Below, piece after piece: positions 43,290 to 52,635 of a DNA stretch of 64,000 nucleotides. Numbering within the stretch: the first letter of the stretch is position 1; every line of letters starts with the position of its first letter. The stretch is from Alkalispirochaeta sp. (GTDB lineage Bacteria > Spirochaetota > Spirochaetia > DSM-27196 > Alkalispirochaetaceae): contig OZ271854.1 of NCBI GenBank assembly GCA_965601925.1, forward strand, positions 3,616,001 through 3,680,000. Reading direction: 5' to 3'. The position numbers were made by a program, and so were the translations under genes. The notes beneath the pieces were generated by a model. It worked only from the letters and a program-made list of their open reading frames with translations, did no database searches and had not been told where the DNA came from.

Positions 43290-45009
43290 TGTCGCCGGCG
43301 GCGCTCAAGGCGCGCGCAATCCGGCGGCGGTAGTCACCGACGCATCTGAGTACGCGGAGGCGGTGGAGTTCCATCCATTCGCGCTTGACCGTGGCGAGGG
43401 GCCATTGGGGTAGATCGAACATAGCAAACTCGACACCCGCGTCGAGGATAGCCGGAAGCGCGGCGCTCTGCAGGCGGCGTTCTTCAATTTCCAGGCGGCG
43501 ATAGAGCGCCACCAACGCTGCGCGGCGAACTGTGGCGGCGTCACGGGACGCTCGACCATCCGGAGTGTCGCCTGCCGCCGCGGTCGTTGACCACCTCGCT
43601 TCTCCATCGACCGAAACTCTCTCTTCACACCAACGGCGCATTTCCGCGATAGAGATCTCTTCCGTAGAGATCGGGAGCCCCGGCGCGGTGGTGTGGCGTA
43701 CCGTAACGCCGCCCTGTGACGCATCCTCGACGAGTGCGCGCATCTGCTCGGCGTGGTCGGCGAGCACCCGATCCGAGCGAACCGACCGGCCGTCGCGGAG
43801 TCTTGCATCGATCCACGGGCGGGCGAGAAGGCGCTCGGCCCCGTCCCGATGGTGAAGCCGATTCGTAGCACGACGTACTATCCGGTCGATGGCGCTCATG
43901 CGGGCGTGAGTCGCCGGCGGTCGGTACCAGAAGTCGATGCCGGTGCACACGATATCGGTTACGCCGCCGAAGCGGGTTAGCAGCTCGATCGCCGCCGGCG
44001 CGATCGAGCCGCGGGGTGCCACAATCGGCAGCCCGGCGAGTACGTCGCCGGCGGTGTAGGCCACGCCGGTCGTCGGATCGGGGTCGATGCGTTCCGCGAA
44101 GAACGAGACATCGGAGAAGCGTGTCGCAAATAGGAAGCGACCCGCCGGCGGAAAGCGTCTCACGATGCTGAAATGGGTCGTGACGTCGGCGATCAATACC
44201 GTCTCGTCCCACCGCCACGGGAGAAAGTCGCGCGCATTGGTCAACTGCCCGTCGAGGGATATCACCGCATCGGGGCGGACGCCCGCCGCGGCGAGCGCCG
44301 GAAGGGCCGTGTCGATCGCGACGAGCCGCACCGCGTGCGTACCGGCGTGCAGCCGCTCGCGACGCGCGGGGAAATAGTTGCGTAGGGTAGGTAGGAGCGC
44401 CTCCAACCCCGGTCCGGCGCCGGCGAGCACGGCACGGTCGCTGAAACAGGCGTTCAACTCGGTAATGGGACGGGCTTGGCACGCTGCGTTACGGGCGAGA
44501 TTGACGATCCATCGTCGACCCAAAAGCACTTCGGTACCGCGATTGCGCCAGAATTGTCGTATATGCGAGGCGATTTGCGTCTGAAGCGCCTGGTACCCTT
44601 GGACGTGGATCCGGGCTCCACCGCTCAGCGCGACCGACTCGACGCGACGAATTGCGAGGCGACGAATCAGAACAGCGGCGCGGCGCAGCGCCTCGTCTGC
44701 GCCCGCCGTTCCCGTGCACCGTTCACGCTCCTTCCATACCGGGCGTATCGCGGTGTGCTTCGCGAGCACCGGATCGAGCTCTACGGTGACAACCGCACTC
44801 GTCGCCGGCACACTCGAAAACCACGCGTCGATTCCGAATCCGAATAGCGGCGAATATATGAGATAGAGCGTTTGCTCCTGTAGCTCGGTAGGTAAGCGTC
44901 GCGCCTGTGATACACCCGGCTCGGGGCCGGTGAGGGGGCGTCCTCGATAATGGACGACGGGGCCCTCGGGGCCCTGAATCACGGTGACTGCACGCGACGT
45001 GGAGTCCAA
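43267..45009 (-). CDS. Maf/DUF115 (MptE-like) family protein
   Basis: W..N..RN, AGAGPGL, A.DTAL..L...G.RPD....D, GS.A, GIDF. Confidence 0.75.
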   Translation of the reverse strand: MDSTSRAVTVIQGPEGPVVHYRGRPLTGPEPGVSQARRLPTELQEQTLYLIYSPLFGFGIDAWFSSVPATSAVVTVELDPVLAKHTAIRPVWKERERCTGTAGADEALRRAAVLIRRLAIRRVESVALSGGARIHVQGYQALQTQIASHIRQFWRNRGTEVLLGRRWIVNLARNAACQARPITELNACFSDRAVLAGAGPGLEALLPTLRNYFPARRERLHAGTHAVRLVAIDTALPALAAAGVRPDAVISLDGQLTNARDFLPWRWDETVLIADVTTHFSIVRRFPPAGRFLFATRFSDVSFFAERIDPDPTTGVAYTAGDVLAGLPIVAPRGSIAPAAIELLTRFGGVTDIVCTGIDFWYRPPATHARMSAIDRIVRRATNRLHHRDGAERLLARPWIDARLRDGRSVRSDRVLADHAEQMRALVEDASQGGVTVRHTTAPGLPISTEEISIAEMRRWCEERVSVDGEARWSTTAAAGDTPDGRASRDAATVRRAALVALYRRLEIEERRLQSAALPAILDAGVEFAMFDLPQWPLATVKREWMELHRLRVLRCVGDYRRRIARALSAAGDITPRATL

Positions 45010-45015
45010 GGACGG

Positions 45016-46512
45016 TCAGTTTCCCAAGACGTATCGATTGAAGGCTTGAGCGAAGTTGTCCTCGAGACGCTCCTGGTCGACAAACGCGCCTTCGATCTCG
45101 TCCTCGCTGAACTGTCTCATAAGCGAGTCGTAGAAATCCGTGATGAAGCCGACGCTCTGCTCCCGCGCCTCGCGCTCCTCGCGAATCTGCAACACGACCG
45201 CCGATTGTCTGAGGACTATCGGTTCGCTGACCTCACTCCCTTCCAGCGAAAACGCCGCCTCAAGGAAGTCTTCGCGAAAAGCAGCGTCGGCAAGGTCGGG
45301 TAACTCGGCGCTCTGCAGCTGCCCGAAGAGCTGGAGATTCCCGTAGTTAATCGGAAAGAACGGCGTCGAGACGACCTCCCGCCCTTCAATGAGGGCGACT
45401 TGGGCAAAGCCGCCGGTCGCCGCCGTCTCCGCGAAGCGTTCGGCCTCGGCGCGTACGTAATCCTGGATGCGTCCCTGTTCGAATATCTCCATATACTCGC
45501 GAACCTCCGCGAGCGCGTCGTCCGCCGTGGGATCCACCACACGCGGAGCCGACAGAGCGCTGTAAAAGGACCATCCGCCGGTCGTCTCCACCACATCGCT
45601 GATATCGCCCTCTCGAAGATTCAACAATGTCGTCAAATCTTCCGGCGCCACGAGCTCCTGGCGTAGTTCGTATCCGAATATCTCGCCGATCTGGCCCTCC
45701 TGATCGGCGTACAGATCGCGCGAGTAGGTTCGCGCGAGGTCTCCCATCGGATTCCCGGGCTCCAGAGCCTGCGAGCGAATCTGCTGCGCCTCTTCCTCTG
45801 TCGCCAGCGTTACCACCGCCAGATCGAGCGTAGTGAAGAGTTCGGTGTTCTCAGCGGCGAATAGGCGTACCTGAGGGTCGGGAAACTCGGAAAAGGGAAA
45901 GCGAACGACGTCAAAAGAGCGTTCCGGTCCCGCCATTGCGGCTACGAAATCGCGCTCGGCGTTACTGGTACGGCCGCCGGTGAGTACGTCGTTCACAACG
46001 TCCTCGAAGATCGCTACCTCGCGGTAGAAGTCGCGCATGGAGAGGAGCGTTTGATTATCGACGCTGCGATACGCCGCGGCGTCGAATCGACCGTTCACCT
46101 GAAACCGTGGATCCCGGGCGATGAGACCGTCTATGCGCTCTTGTGATACACGAACGCCCGACGCCTCGGCCTCCTGTAAAATCGCGGTGTGCAGTACCGC
46201 CCGGTTGAACGCCTCGCGCCACGCCAACCTCAACTGGAGTTCCAGGCCGATCTCGTTTCCCGAGGCCTGTAGCGACTGCGCAACCGCTTCGTACTGGCGT
46301 GCGAAAAAATTTCCCGGATCGTAGGCGATATCTTGACTGCCGTACCGTCCGAACACCGGACGTGCAGGTGCTATCGTCGGCGCGATAGCCGGCATGCCGA
46401 TAAAGGCGAACACGATGATAACGAGAACGGCGACGGTTCCAACGTACAACCAGGTGCTTCGACCCGTCGGGCGCCGCGAACTTTTTTTATGAGTCTCTTT
46501 GGGCTCTGCCAT
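45016..46512 (-). CDS. Membrane-anchored SurA/PpiD-like chaperone
   Basis: N-terminal TM, SurA_N-like L.EA...G..VS...I...I...F...G.FD, degenerate parvulin (LAR.YS.D, G.IS.VVET..G); ATG 46512 with SD GAGG. Confidence 0.8.
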   Translation of the reverse strand: MAEPKETHKKSSRRPTGRSTWLYVGTVAVLVIIVFAFIGMPAIAPTIAPARPVFGRYGSQDIAYDPGNFFARQYEAVAQSLQASGNEIGLELQLRLAWREAFNRAVLHTAILQEAEASGVRVSQERIDGLIARDPRFQVNGRFDAAAYRSVDNQTLLSMRDFYREVAIFEDVVNDVLTGGRTSNAERDFVAAMAGPERSFDVVRFPFSEFPDPQVRLFAAENTELFTTLDLAVVTLATEEEAQQIRSQALEPGNPMGDLARTYSRDLYADQEGQIGEIFGYELRQELVAPEDLTTLLNLREGDISDVVETTGGWSFYSALSAPRVVDPTADDALAEVREYMEIFEQGRIQDYVRAEAERFAETAATGGFAQVALIEGREVVSTPFFPINYGNLQLFGQLQSAELPDLADAAFREDFLEAAFSLEGSEVSEPIVLRQSAVVLQIREEREAREQSVGFITDFYDSLMRQFSEDEIEGAFVDQERLEDNFAQAFNRYVLGN

Positions 46513-46689
46513 AGCCTCTGTATGTCCTCTCTCCACCGATGAATATATAAGTGGCGCAAACGGTAGCATGTGGTCTCGGCGCTGTCAACGAAACGGCGCC
46601 GACCGCGCGGTACGACGCAATTCCTTCGGATAATGATAACTGCCGGGTTGACCACGATTTTCCTCGTTTGGTATTGTCTGCACTACGAC

Positions 46690-46762
46690 CGGGCTGTAGC
46701 GCAGGGGCTAGCGCGCGCCGTTCGGGACGGTGAGGTCGGAGGTTCAAATCCTCTCAGCCCGA
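46690..46762 (+). tRNA. tRNA-Pro(CGG)
   Basis: CGGGCTG/CAGCCCG acceptor, anticodon loop TTCGGGA, GGTTCAAATCC; TTGACC/TATTGT promoter upstream. Confidence 0.95.
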
Positions 46763-46768
46763 TTCCGC

Positions 46769-46800
46769 AAGGCGTCCAACGACTGTTGGACGCCTTTTTT
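46769..46800 (+). terminator. Rho-independent terminator
   Basis: AAGGCGTCCAAC-gact-GTTGGACGCCTT followed by T run. Confidence 0.9.
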
Positions 46801-46866
46801 ATGCACAGGACAAGCGTCTCTCAACTTTGAATGCTCCGGTGCCGACGATAGAACGAGAAGAGCGCT

Positions 46867-47715
46867 ATGAGACATGTACTAATCTGTGTTGTACTGACAT
46901 TTACCGTCTGCGCCGCGACATTCACTCAGACGGCACATCACGAAGTCGGAGACGGAGAGACGCTGTACGGGATCGCTCGACAATACGGCGTTCCCGTCGA
47001 TCGCTTGATCCGCGCAAATCGCATCGGAGCTCCCGAGTTGTTGCTTCCCGGAACGATCCTCACCATTCCGGGAAACTACGAGGTACGACGGGGAGACACG
47101 CTCTTCTCGATTGCCCGTGCTCACGGCACATCGGTCGATGAGATCCGCGCTTTGAACGACCTCGAAAGCACGACCATTCGTATCGGTCAGACGCTCCGTC
47201 TTCCCATCGATAAGGAAGATCCCGAAGGGCCTCCCATGACCGATACCACCCCATCCGTCGCCCTCACCGACGGCGATGACGAGAACGAGGCCGAGCCGAC
47301 CCATCAGCGTCTCGACCCGATTCCCGTTGCAGTGTCTATCGTAGAGCCCCTCTCGTTCAGCGACGGCGGCTCGTGGCCCGTAGCCGGTACTCGGCGCACT
47401 CTGGACGGAAAGTTTCCCGGCGTACTCATCGAGTCGAGTCGCGGTGTTCCGGTGACCAATGTCGCCTCCGGGCGCGTCGTCTATGCCGGTCCCCACTCGA
47501 GCTTCGGCAACGTGATATTCGTGCAATCGCCGCGAGGCTATATCTACGTGTACGGCGGTCAAGAATCGATCGCCGTCGAGGTCGGCGACGATATCGACGC
47601 GGGGATATCGATCGGTACCGTCGGCGTCTCGCCCACCGAAGGCAGCGCGGCTATCTATTTCTCGGTGTGGTTCGATGATCGTTTCGTCGACCCCGAAGTT
47701 GCTCCGAGGGGATGA
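46867..47715 (+). CDS. 2x LysM plus degenerate M23 (NlpD-like) protein
   Basis: Signal peptide, two LysM (V..G.TL..IA), M23 fold lacking HxxxD and HxH. Confidence 0.88.
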   Translation: MRHVLICVVLTFTVCAATFTQTAHHEVGDGETLYGIARQYGVPVDRLIRANRIGAPELLLPGTILTIPGNYEVRRGDTLFSIARAHGTSVDEIRALNDLESTTIRIGQTLRLPIDKEDPEGPPMTDTTPSVALTDGDDENEAEPTHQRLDPIPVAVSIVEPLSFSDGGSWPVAGTRRTLDGKFPGVLIESSRGVPVTNVASGRVVYAGPHSSFGNVIFVQSPRGYIYVYGGQESIAVEVGDDIDAGISIGTVGVSPTEGSAAIYFSVWFDDRFVDPEVAPRG

Positions 47716-47858
47716 TGCACCCTTTTTCGACGATTATGGTGTGGTCGACCTGCATCTTGGTAAAAACATATAGGAATTTAGTCATGTTCTTTGGAATATT
47801 ATCGCGCGATGTGTTAAGATATTGATGTAAAATAGAGAAAGTATCGATGGGAGCGGAT

Positions 47859-48866
47859 ATGGGAACATCATCGATCGACAACTCGGTTGGGGCAAAGAAA
47901 GAGTCTCATAGACGCAAAGGGCAAGAACGCGATCCGTATCTTGACGGTGATTCAGATCCCCTTGCGTTTTATCTGAAACAAATCTCCAGTTATCCACTCC
48001 TCAAAGTGGAACAAGAACAGGCGATCGGTCAGCGTATCCAAGAGTTGCGCAACGGCCTTGCCAAACTGCGACGCGAGCTTGAGAGCGCGAGCGACGATCC
48101 TCGTCCCGACATCCATAGTGCAATCCGCTCCTCTGAGGACGAGTTACGCCACTTCAAGTCGCGTATGATCAACTCCAACTTACGTCTGGTCGTCTCAATC
48201 GCCAAGAAGTATCAACACCGTGGATTGTCGTTGCTCGATTTGATCGACGAGGGAAACATCGGACTGATCGAAGCGGTGGAGCGATTCGACTATACCAAAG
48301 GGTGTCGTTTTTCGACGTATGGTACGTGGTGGATCAGACAAGCGATCATTAAGAGTTTAGCCGACAAGGGGCGCTTGATTCGCATTCCCGTACACATGCT
48401 CAATACTATCAAGAAGTGCTTTTACGTCGCGAAGTATCTTACGCAGGAGTTGGGACGCGATCCTGGAAATACCGAAGTCTCGGAGTACATGAATATCTCC
48501 GCCGACCGCGTGGAAGAGATTCAACGTCTCTCGCAGGATACGACTTCGCTGGATGTGCCGCTCGACGACGATAGTTTTACGCGATTGTCGGATGTCATCG
48601 AGGATGAGAATCAACGCCAACCGTTTGATCTGGTCTTTCACCTGACCCTGCAAGATACGCTCGAAGAGGTGCTTGCGCAGCTGAACGAACGGGAAATGCG
48701 TATCATCAAGTTACGCTTCGGTCTGGGAGGCGAGGGGCCTTACACGCTCGAAGAGACGGGCCGTTTCTTGGGCATAACGCGCGAGCGGGTTCGACAGATT
48801 CAAGAGAAGGCGCTGGCGAAGCTTCGCGAAAACGTTATTATCCAAGATTTCCGTGACCAATATTGA
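47859..48866 (+). CDS. Sigma-70 group-2 (RpoS-like) sigma factor
   Basis: Region 1.2 D...YL..I...PLL, NLRLVVSIAKKY, FSTYGTWWIRQ, TRERVRQI; no region 1.1; alternative start 47847. Confidence 0.92.
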   Translation: MGTSSIDNSVGAKKESHRRKGQERDPYLDGDSDPLAFYLKQISSYPLLKVEQEQAIGQRIQELRNGLAKLRRELESASDDPRPDIHSAIRSSEDELRHFKSRMINSNLRLVVSIAKKYQHRGLSLLDLIDEGNIGLIEAVERFDYTKGCRFSTYGTWWIRQAIIKSLADKGRLIRIPVHMLNTIKKCFYVAKYLTQELGRDPGNTEVSEYMNISADRVEEIQRLSQDTTSLDVPLDDDSFTRLSDVIEDENQRQPFDLVFHLTLQDTLEEVLAQLNEREMRIIKLRFGLGGEGPYTLEETGRFLGITRERVRQIQEKALAKLRENVIIQDFRDQY

Positions 48867-49491
48867 CGAGGAGTCGCCGGTACGTACCGGCGGCGGAGAC
48901 GACGGTCGAAGCAGTCTGATAGACGGCGCGCGACGCTACAAAGATGATGTCGCATTTGACGCGTTGGGTACCCTTGATGAGGCGCAAGTCGCCCTTGGTG
49001 TCTGCAGGAGTCTCATCTCGGTTCGGAGCATTCGGTTCGGAGCGAAACGAAAAGGCAACGATGAACACGCCGCCGATCTCCCGAATCGCCACGCAAAACG
49101 CCTCTCAGCCGACCTTCGGTGGATTCAACAACGGTTGCTCATCGCCGGAGGAGTGCTGGCTTCTACGCCGTCACACCCCCCGGTCGAGGGAATGGACACG
49201 CTCGGCGAGCTCGATCTCGAGCGCCTGGCGGAGATTTTCGACCATTGGCGCGGCGTCGTACATATTCCGCCGCGTTTTTTTATCGCTGGGGATACGCGTA
49301 TCGGCGCGGAGTTCGACCGCGCACGAACGATCGTACGCCGCGCCGAGCGCGCCGTAGTGCGTCTGGTGCGCGAGCGAGGGTTACCCGAACAGGCAACGGT
49401 ATCGCGGTTTCTCAACCACCTGAGCGATCTCGCCTTCGTCCTGGCTCGATGGGCGGATTCAGTGGATGGAGCCGCTCGCCGCGACGCGTAA
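48853..49491 (+). CDS. PduO-type cob(I)alamin adenosyltransferase
   Basis: T..GD.G.S.L..G.R..K, G.LDE, RT..RRAER, LN.LSD..F..AR. Confidence 0.88.
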   Translation: MTNIDEESPVRTGGGDDGRSSLIDGARRYKDDVAFDALGTLDEAQVALGVCRSLISVRSIRFGAKRKGNDEHAADLPNRHAKRLSADLRWIQQRLLIAGGVLASTPSHPPVEGMDTLGELDLERLAEIFDHWRGVVHIPPRFFIAGDTRIGAEFDRARTIVRRAERAVVRLVRERGLPEQATVSRFLNHLSDLAFVLARWADSVDGAARRDA

Positions 49492-49499
49492 CGCTCCGC

Positions 49500-50009
49500 C
49501 TACGGTCCGTGCATTCGCATACCGTCTGAGAAATGGATATCCCACTCTACCATACGGTCTCCGTCGAACGACATGAGCGCCTCGACCGATCGCCCCTCCA
49601 GTACGTGGGGTAGCCACCACCGGTCGTCCTCCCACATCTCGTCAAAGGGAATCTCGTGTTCCGATACCCAAAACGGATCAGCTTCATCGGTCTCGGTAAG
49701 GCGTCCGGACCACCGCCGCGCAATGAATAGATGTACCTCGAGGCGATATCCGTCGGCGAAGGCGAATCGGAGTGTACCTCGGTGGTCGGGGTCACGGGGA
49801 GTGAGACCTACCTCTTCGGCCGTCTCCCGTACGGCGGCCTCACGCATCGTCTCACCCGGTTCTACCTTCCCCCCGGGGGCGTTGATTTTGCCCGCTCCCA
49901 GACCGCGTTTTTTTCGCATGAGCAGTATGCGACCGTTCCCTCGGAGAAAGCACAGCACCGCGTGGTCGTCCGGATTGTAGTCGCTCCAGCGTTCAGATGG
50001 GTTGTTCAT
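49500..50009 (-). CDS. Nudix hydrolase, 8-oxo-dGTPase (MTH1-like)
   Basis: KKRGLGAG..N.PGGK.E.GE....AA.RE..EE.GL; MW.DD..W. Confidence 0.9.
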   Translation of the reverse strand: MNNPSERWSDYNPDDHAVLCFLRGNGRILLMRKKRGLGAGKINAPGGKVEPGETMREAAVRETAEEVGLTPRDPDHRGTLRFAFADGYRLEVHLFIARRWSGRLTETDEADPFWVSEHEIPFDEMWEDDRWWLPHVLEGRSVEALMSFDGDRMVEWDIHFSDGMRMHGP

Positions 50010-50100
50010 GGAAGGATCAACTTATCATTGCGCCTTTATCGTCGCAAATGGTACCATTGCGATGAAAAATAAAATCTCCAAATATAAGGATGATGAGATA

Positions 50101-52263
50101 ATGCTTGGATTTGTCGCAGTTGCAGTCGTCGCCGCGTTGAGCTTCGCCGCCGTCAATTTCTACGCCGTCAAGCGGCTCGATACCGGCACGGCACTAATGG
50201 GTGAGCTCGCGGGGGCCATCCAGGAGGGGGCGGATGCGTTCATCCGTCACGAATACAAGATCATCTTTTCGATCGCCGTATTTATTATGGCGATTCTGAT
50301 GGTGATCGTCTCGTGGTACACCGGCGCAGCCTTTATTCTCGGCGCCGCGATGAGCGCGTCGGCCGGTTGGATCGGAATGAAGATCGCGACGATTGCCAAC
50401 GTGCGCGTCTCCAATCGTGCGCGCGAGACCTTCAACGTCGGCGCGACGCTGAAAGTGGCGTTCCAGGGCGGAAGCGTCATGGGGCTCAGCGTCGCCGGTT
50501 TCTCCGTGTTGGGGCTGGGAATCATTTATGTAGTGTTCGGCATGGTGCTCGGCCAGGCGCGGCCCGATAATCTGGTGATCGTCACCAACTGGATCGGCGT
50601 CAACTTCATACCGTTTACCATGACCGTGTCGGGCTACGCTCTCGGTTGTTCGGTCATCGCGATGTTCGACCGCGTCGGCGGGGGCATCTACACGAAGGCC
50701 GCGGACATGGGCGCCGATTTGGTCGGAAAGACCGAGGCGCATATTCCCGAGGACGACCCGAGGAACCCCGCCACCATCGCCGATAATGTTGGCGACAATG
50801 TCGGCGACGTAGCCGGTCTCGGCGCCGACCTCCTGGAGAGTTTCGTCGGTGCCATCATCTCGAGCGTCGTCCTCGCGGCGTACATGTTCTACACCGTGCG
50901 CGACGCCGCGGCATCCATCAGCCCCGAGTTGGTAAGCAGGATGGTGAGCTATCCCCTGCTTTTCGCGTCCGTCGGTGTCATGGCGTCGATCATCGGTATC
51001 GCATCGCTCATTGTAAAGAAGGCGAGCGACAACCCTCACCGGGAGCTCAACGTCGCGACGTGGACAAGCGCCTTTTTGACACTTATCGGAACCGGAGCGG
51101 TAACGTGGTGGCATTTCTCCGGGCTCGACGTACAGAACGCCGGTTTCGCGCTCGGGCTGTTCTCTCCGTGGCTCGCCGCCGTGTTGGGCATCGTGAGCGG
51201 CATCCTCATCGGGCAACTCGCCGAGTTTTTTACCAGCTACGACTATAGCCCGACAAAAAAGATCAGCGAGGCGAGTCGACAGGGATACGCCTTGAACATT
51301 ACGCAAGGGTTGGCGGTCGGTATGAAGTCGGTCTTCTATCCGATTTTGGTACTGGCGGCGGCGGTCATCGGGGCCAATGCGATCGCCGGACTCTACGGTG
51401 TCGCCATGGCGGCGATCGGGATGCTCAGTTTCGTTGCGGCCACCGTTTCGGTCGACACCTACGGCCCGATCGCCGACAACGCCGGCGGTATCTCGGAGAT
51501 GAGTAAGCTCGACCCGCGAGTACGCGAGATCACCGACAAGCTCGACAGCGTCGGGAACACGACCGCGGCGATCGGTAAAGGTTTTGCGATCGGATCGGCC
51601 GCCTTGGCGGCGTTGAGCCTCTTTGCGAGTTATCTGTACAGCCAGGCCGATCCCGCGAGCACGCGAGGCGAGTTCGTACTGATCCTCGACATGGTCAATA
51701 CGTTGACGCTCGCCGGTGGACTCGTCGGCGCGGCGCTTCCGTTTCTCTTCTCCGGCATCCTCATCGAGGCGGTCGCCAAGGCGGCGCGGAAGATGGTCGA
51801 CGAGGTGCGACGGCAGTTCCGTGAGGATCCCAAGATCCTTACCGGAGAATCGCGACCCGACTATCGCCTCTGCATCGAGATCTCCTCGGCCGGTAGTATC
51901 AAGGAGATGAAGACTCCTGCCCTGATCGCCGTTTTGACTCCGGTGGTGAGTGGGTTCGTGTTCGGAGCCGATTTTGTCGGTGGGCTCCTCATCGGCACGA
52001 CGTTGTCGGCGATCATGCTGGCGCTGTTTACCGCCAACTCCGGCGGTGCGTGGGACAACGCCAAGAAGTTCATCGAGGAAGGACACCACGGCGGTAAGGG
52101 CTCCGAAGCGCATTCGGCAGGCGTTGTCGGCGATACGGTCGGCGATCCCCTCAAGGATACGGTCGGTCCGTCGCTCGACATTCTCATCAAGATCATGGCC
52201 GTCGTATCGCTCATTACGGTGTCGATTTTCCAGCGGTACAACCTCTTGGATTTACTGTTCTAA
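50101..52263 (+). CDS. hppA: Membrane-integral ion-pumping pyrophosphatase (K+-dependent, probably Na+)
   Basis: DMGADLVGK.E, EDDPRN, DNVGDNVGD, GPIADNAGG, GNTTAA, GDTVGDPLKD. Confidence 0.96.
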   Translation: MLGFVAVAVVAALSFAAVNFYAVKRLDTGTALMGELAGAIQEGADAFIRHEYKIIFSIAVFIMAILMVIVSWYTGAAFILGAAMSASAGWIGMKIATIANVRVSNRARETFNVGATLKVAFQGGSVMGLSVAGFSVLGLGIIYVVFGMVLGQARPDNLVIVTNWIGVNFIPFTMTVSGYALGCSVIAMFDRVGGGIYTKAADMGADLVGKTEAHIPEDDPRNPATIADNVGDNVGDVAGLGADLLESFVGAIISSVVLAAYMFYTVRDAAASISPELVSRMVSYPLLFASVGVMASIIGIASLIVKKASDNPHRELNVATWTSAFLTLIGTGAVTWWHFSGLDVQNAGFALGLFSPWLAAVLGIVSGILIGQLAEFFTSYDYSPTKKISEASRQGYALNITQGLAVGMKSVFYPILVLAAAVIGANAIAGLYGVAMAAIGMLSFVAATVSVDTYGPIADNAGGISEMSKLDPRVREITDKLDSVGNTTAAIGKGFAIGSAALAALSLFASYLYSQADPASTRGEFVLILDMVNTLTLAGGLVGAALPFLFSGILIEAVAKAARKMVDEVRRQFREDPKILTGESRPDYRLCIEISSAGSIKEMKTPALIAVLTPVVSGFVFGADFVGGLLIGTTLSAIMLALFTANSGGAWDNAKKFIEEGHHGGKGSEAHSAGVVGDTVGDPLKDTVGPSLDILIKIMAVVSLITVSIFQRYNLLDLLF

Positions 52264-52271
52264 AGGAGGAG

Positions 52272-52318
52272 CGAATCGCACGCGATTCGTTCGACGCTCC
52301 CCGTCACGGGGAGCGTCG
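52272..52318. terminator. Two adjacent hairpins after hppA
   Basis: CGAATCGC/GCGATTCG and CGACGCTCCCCG/CGGGGAGCGTCG; no U-tract. Confidence 0.45.
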
Positions 52319-52400
52319 CGCTACCCAATCCGAAGGGCATGAAAAACTCACCGACGACGCTCCTCGTGCCGAGGAGATCATCGTCGAGATATACGCTCGC

Positions 52401-52613
52401 ATGCAGGACGTACGCCAAGCGGGACGCCGCGTCACCGCCGTTGTGATGCCCGCGCACCTCTATCACATTGTCCAGGACTACCGTAACCGATTGGGGACGG
52501 TCCCCGACGGATTGCCGGACTATCTGGGACGATATGATCTCTTCGGGATTCCGATATATACTGATATCGGTGAGACTATTACTATCAAGTCGGCTCCGCG
52601 GACGATTTCCTAA
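52401..52613 (+). CDS. Small hypothetical protein (start uncertain)
   Basis: Protein-like 70 aa (DYLGRYDLFGIPIYTD); frame stays open upstream. Confidence 0.55.
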   Translation: MQDVRQAGRRVTAVVMPAHLYHIVQDYRNRLGTVPDGLPDYLGRYDLFGIPIYTDIGETITIKSAPRTIS

Positions 52614-52635
52614 ACGCTTCGCCGAAAGGCGCCGG

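Noticed and set aside
47716..47858. Sigma54 promoter upstream of the RpoS-like gene
   Set aside because: No GG-N10-GC with correct spacing found
50194..52113. 639-aa antisense ORF (likewise 764-2095, 29700-31178, 58765-59880, 15008-15790)
   Set aside because: Shadow ORFs opposite well-supported genes, expected with high GC3; no recognisable motifs
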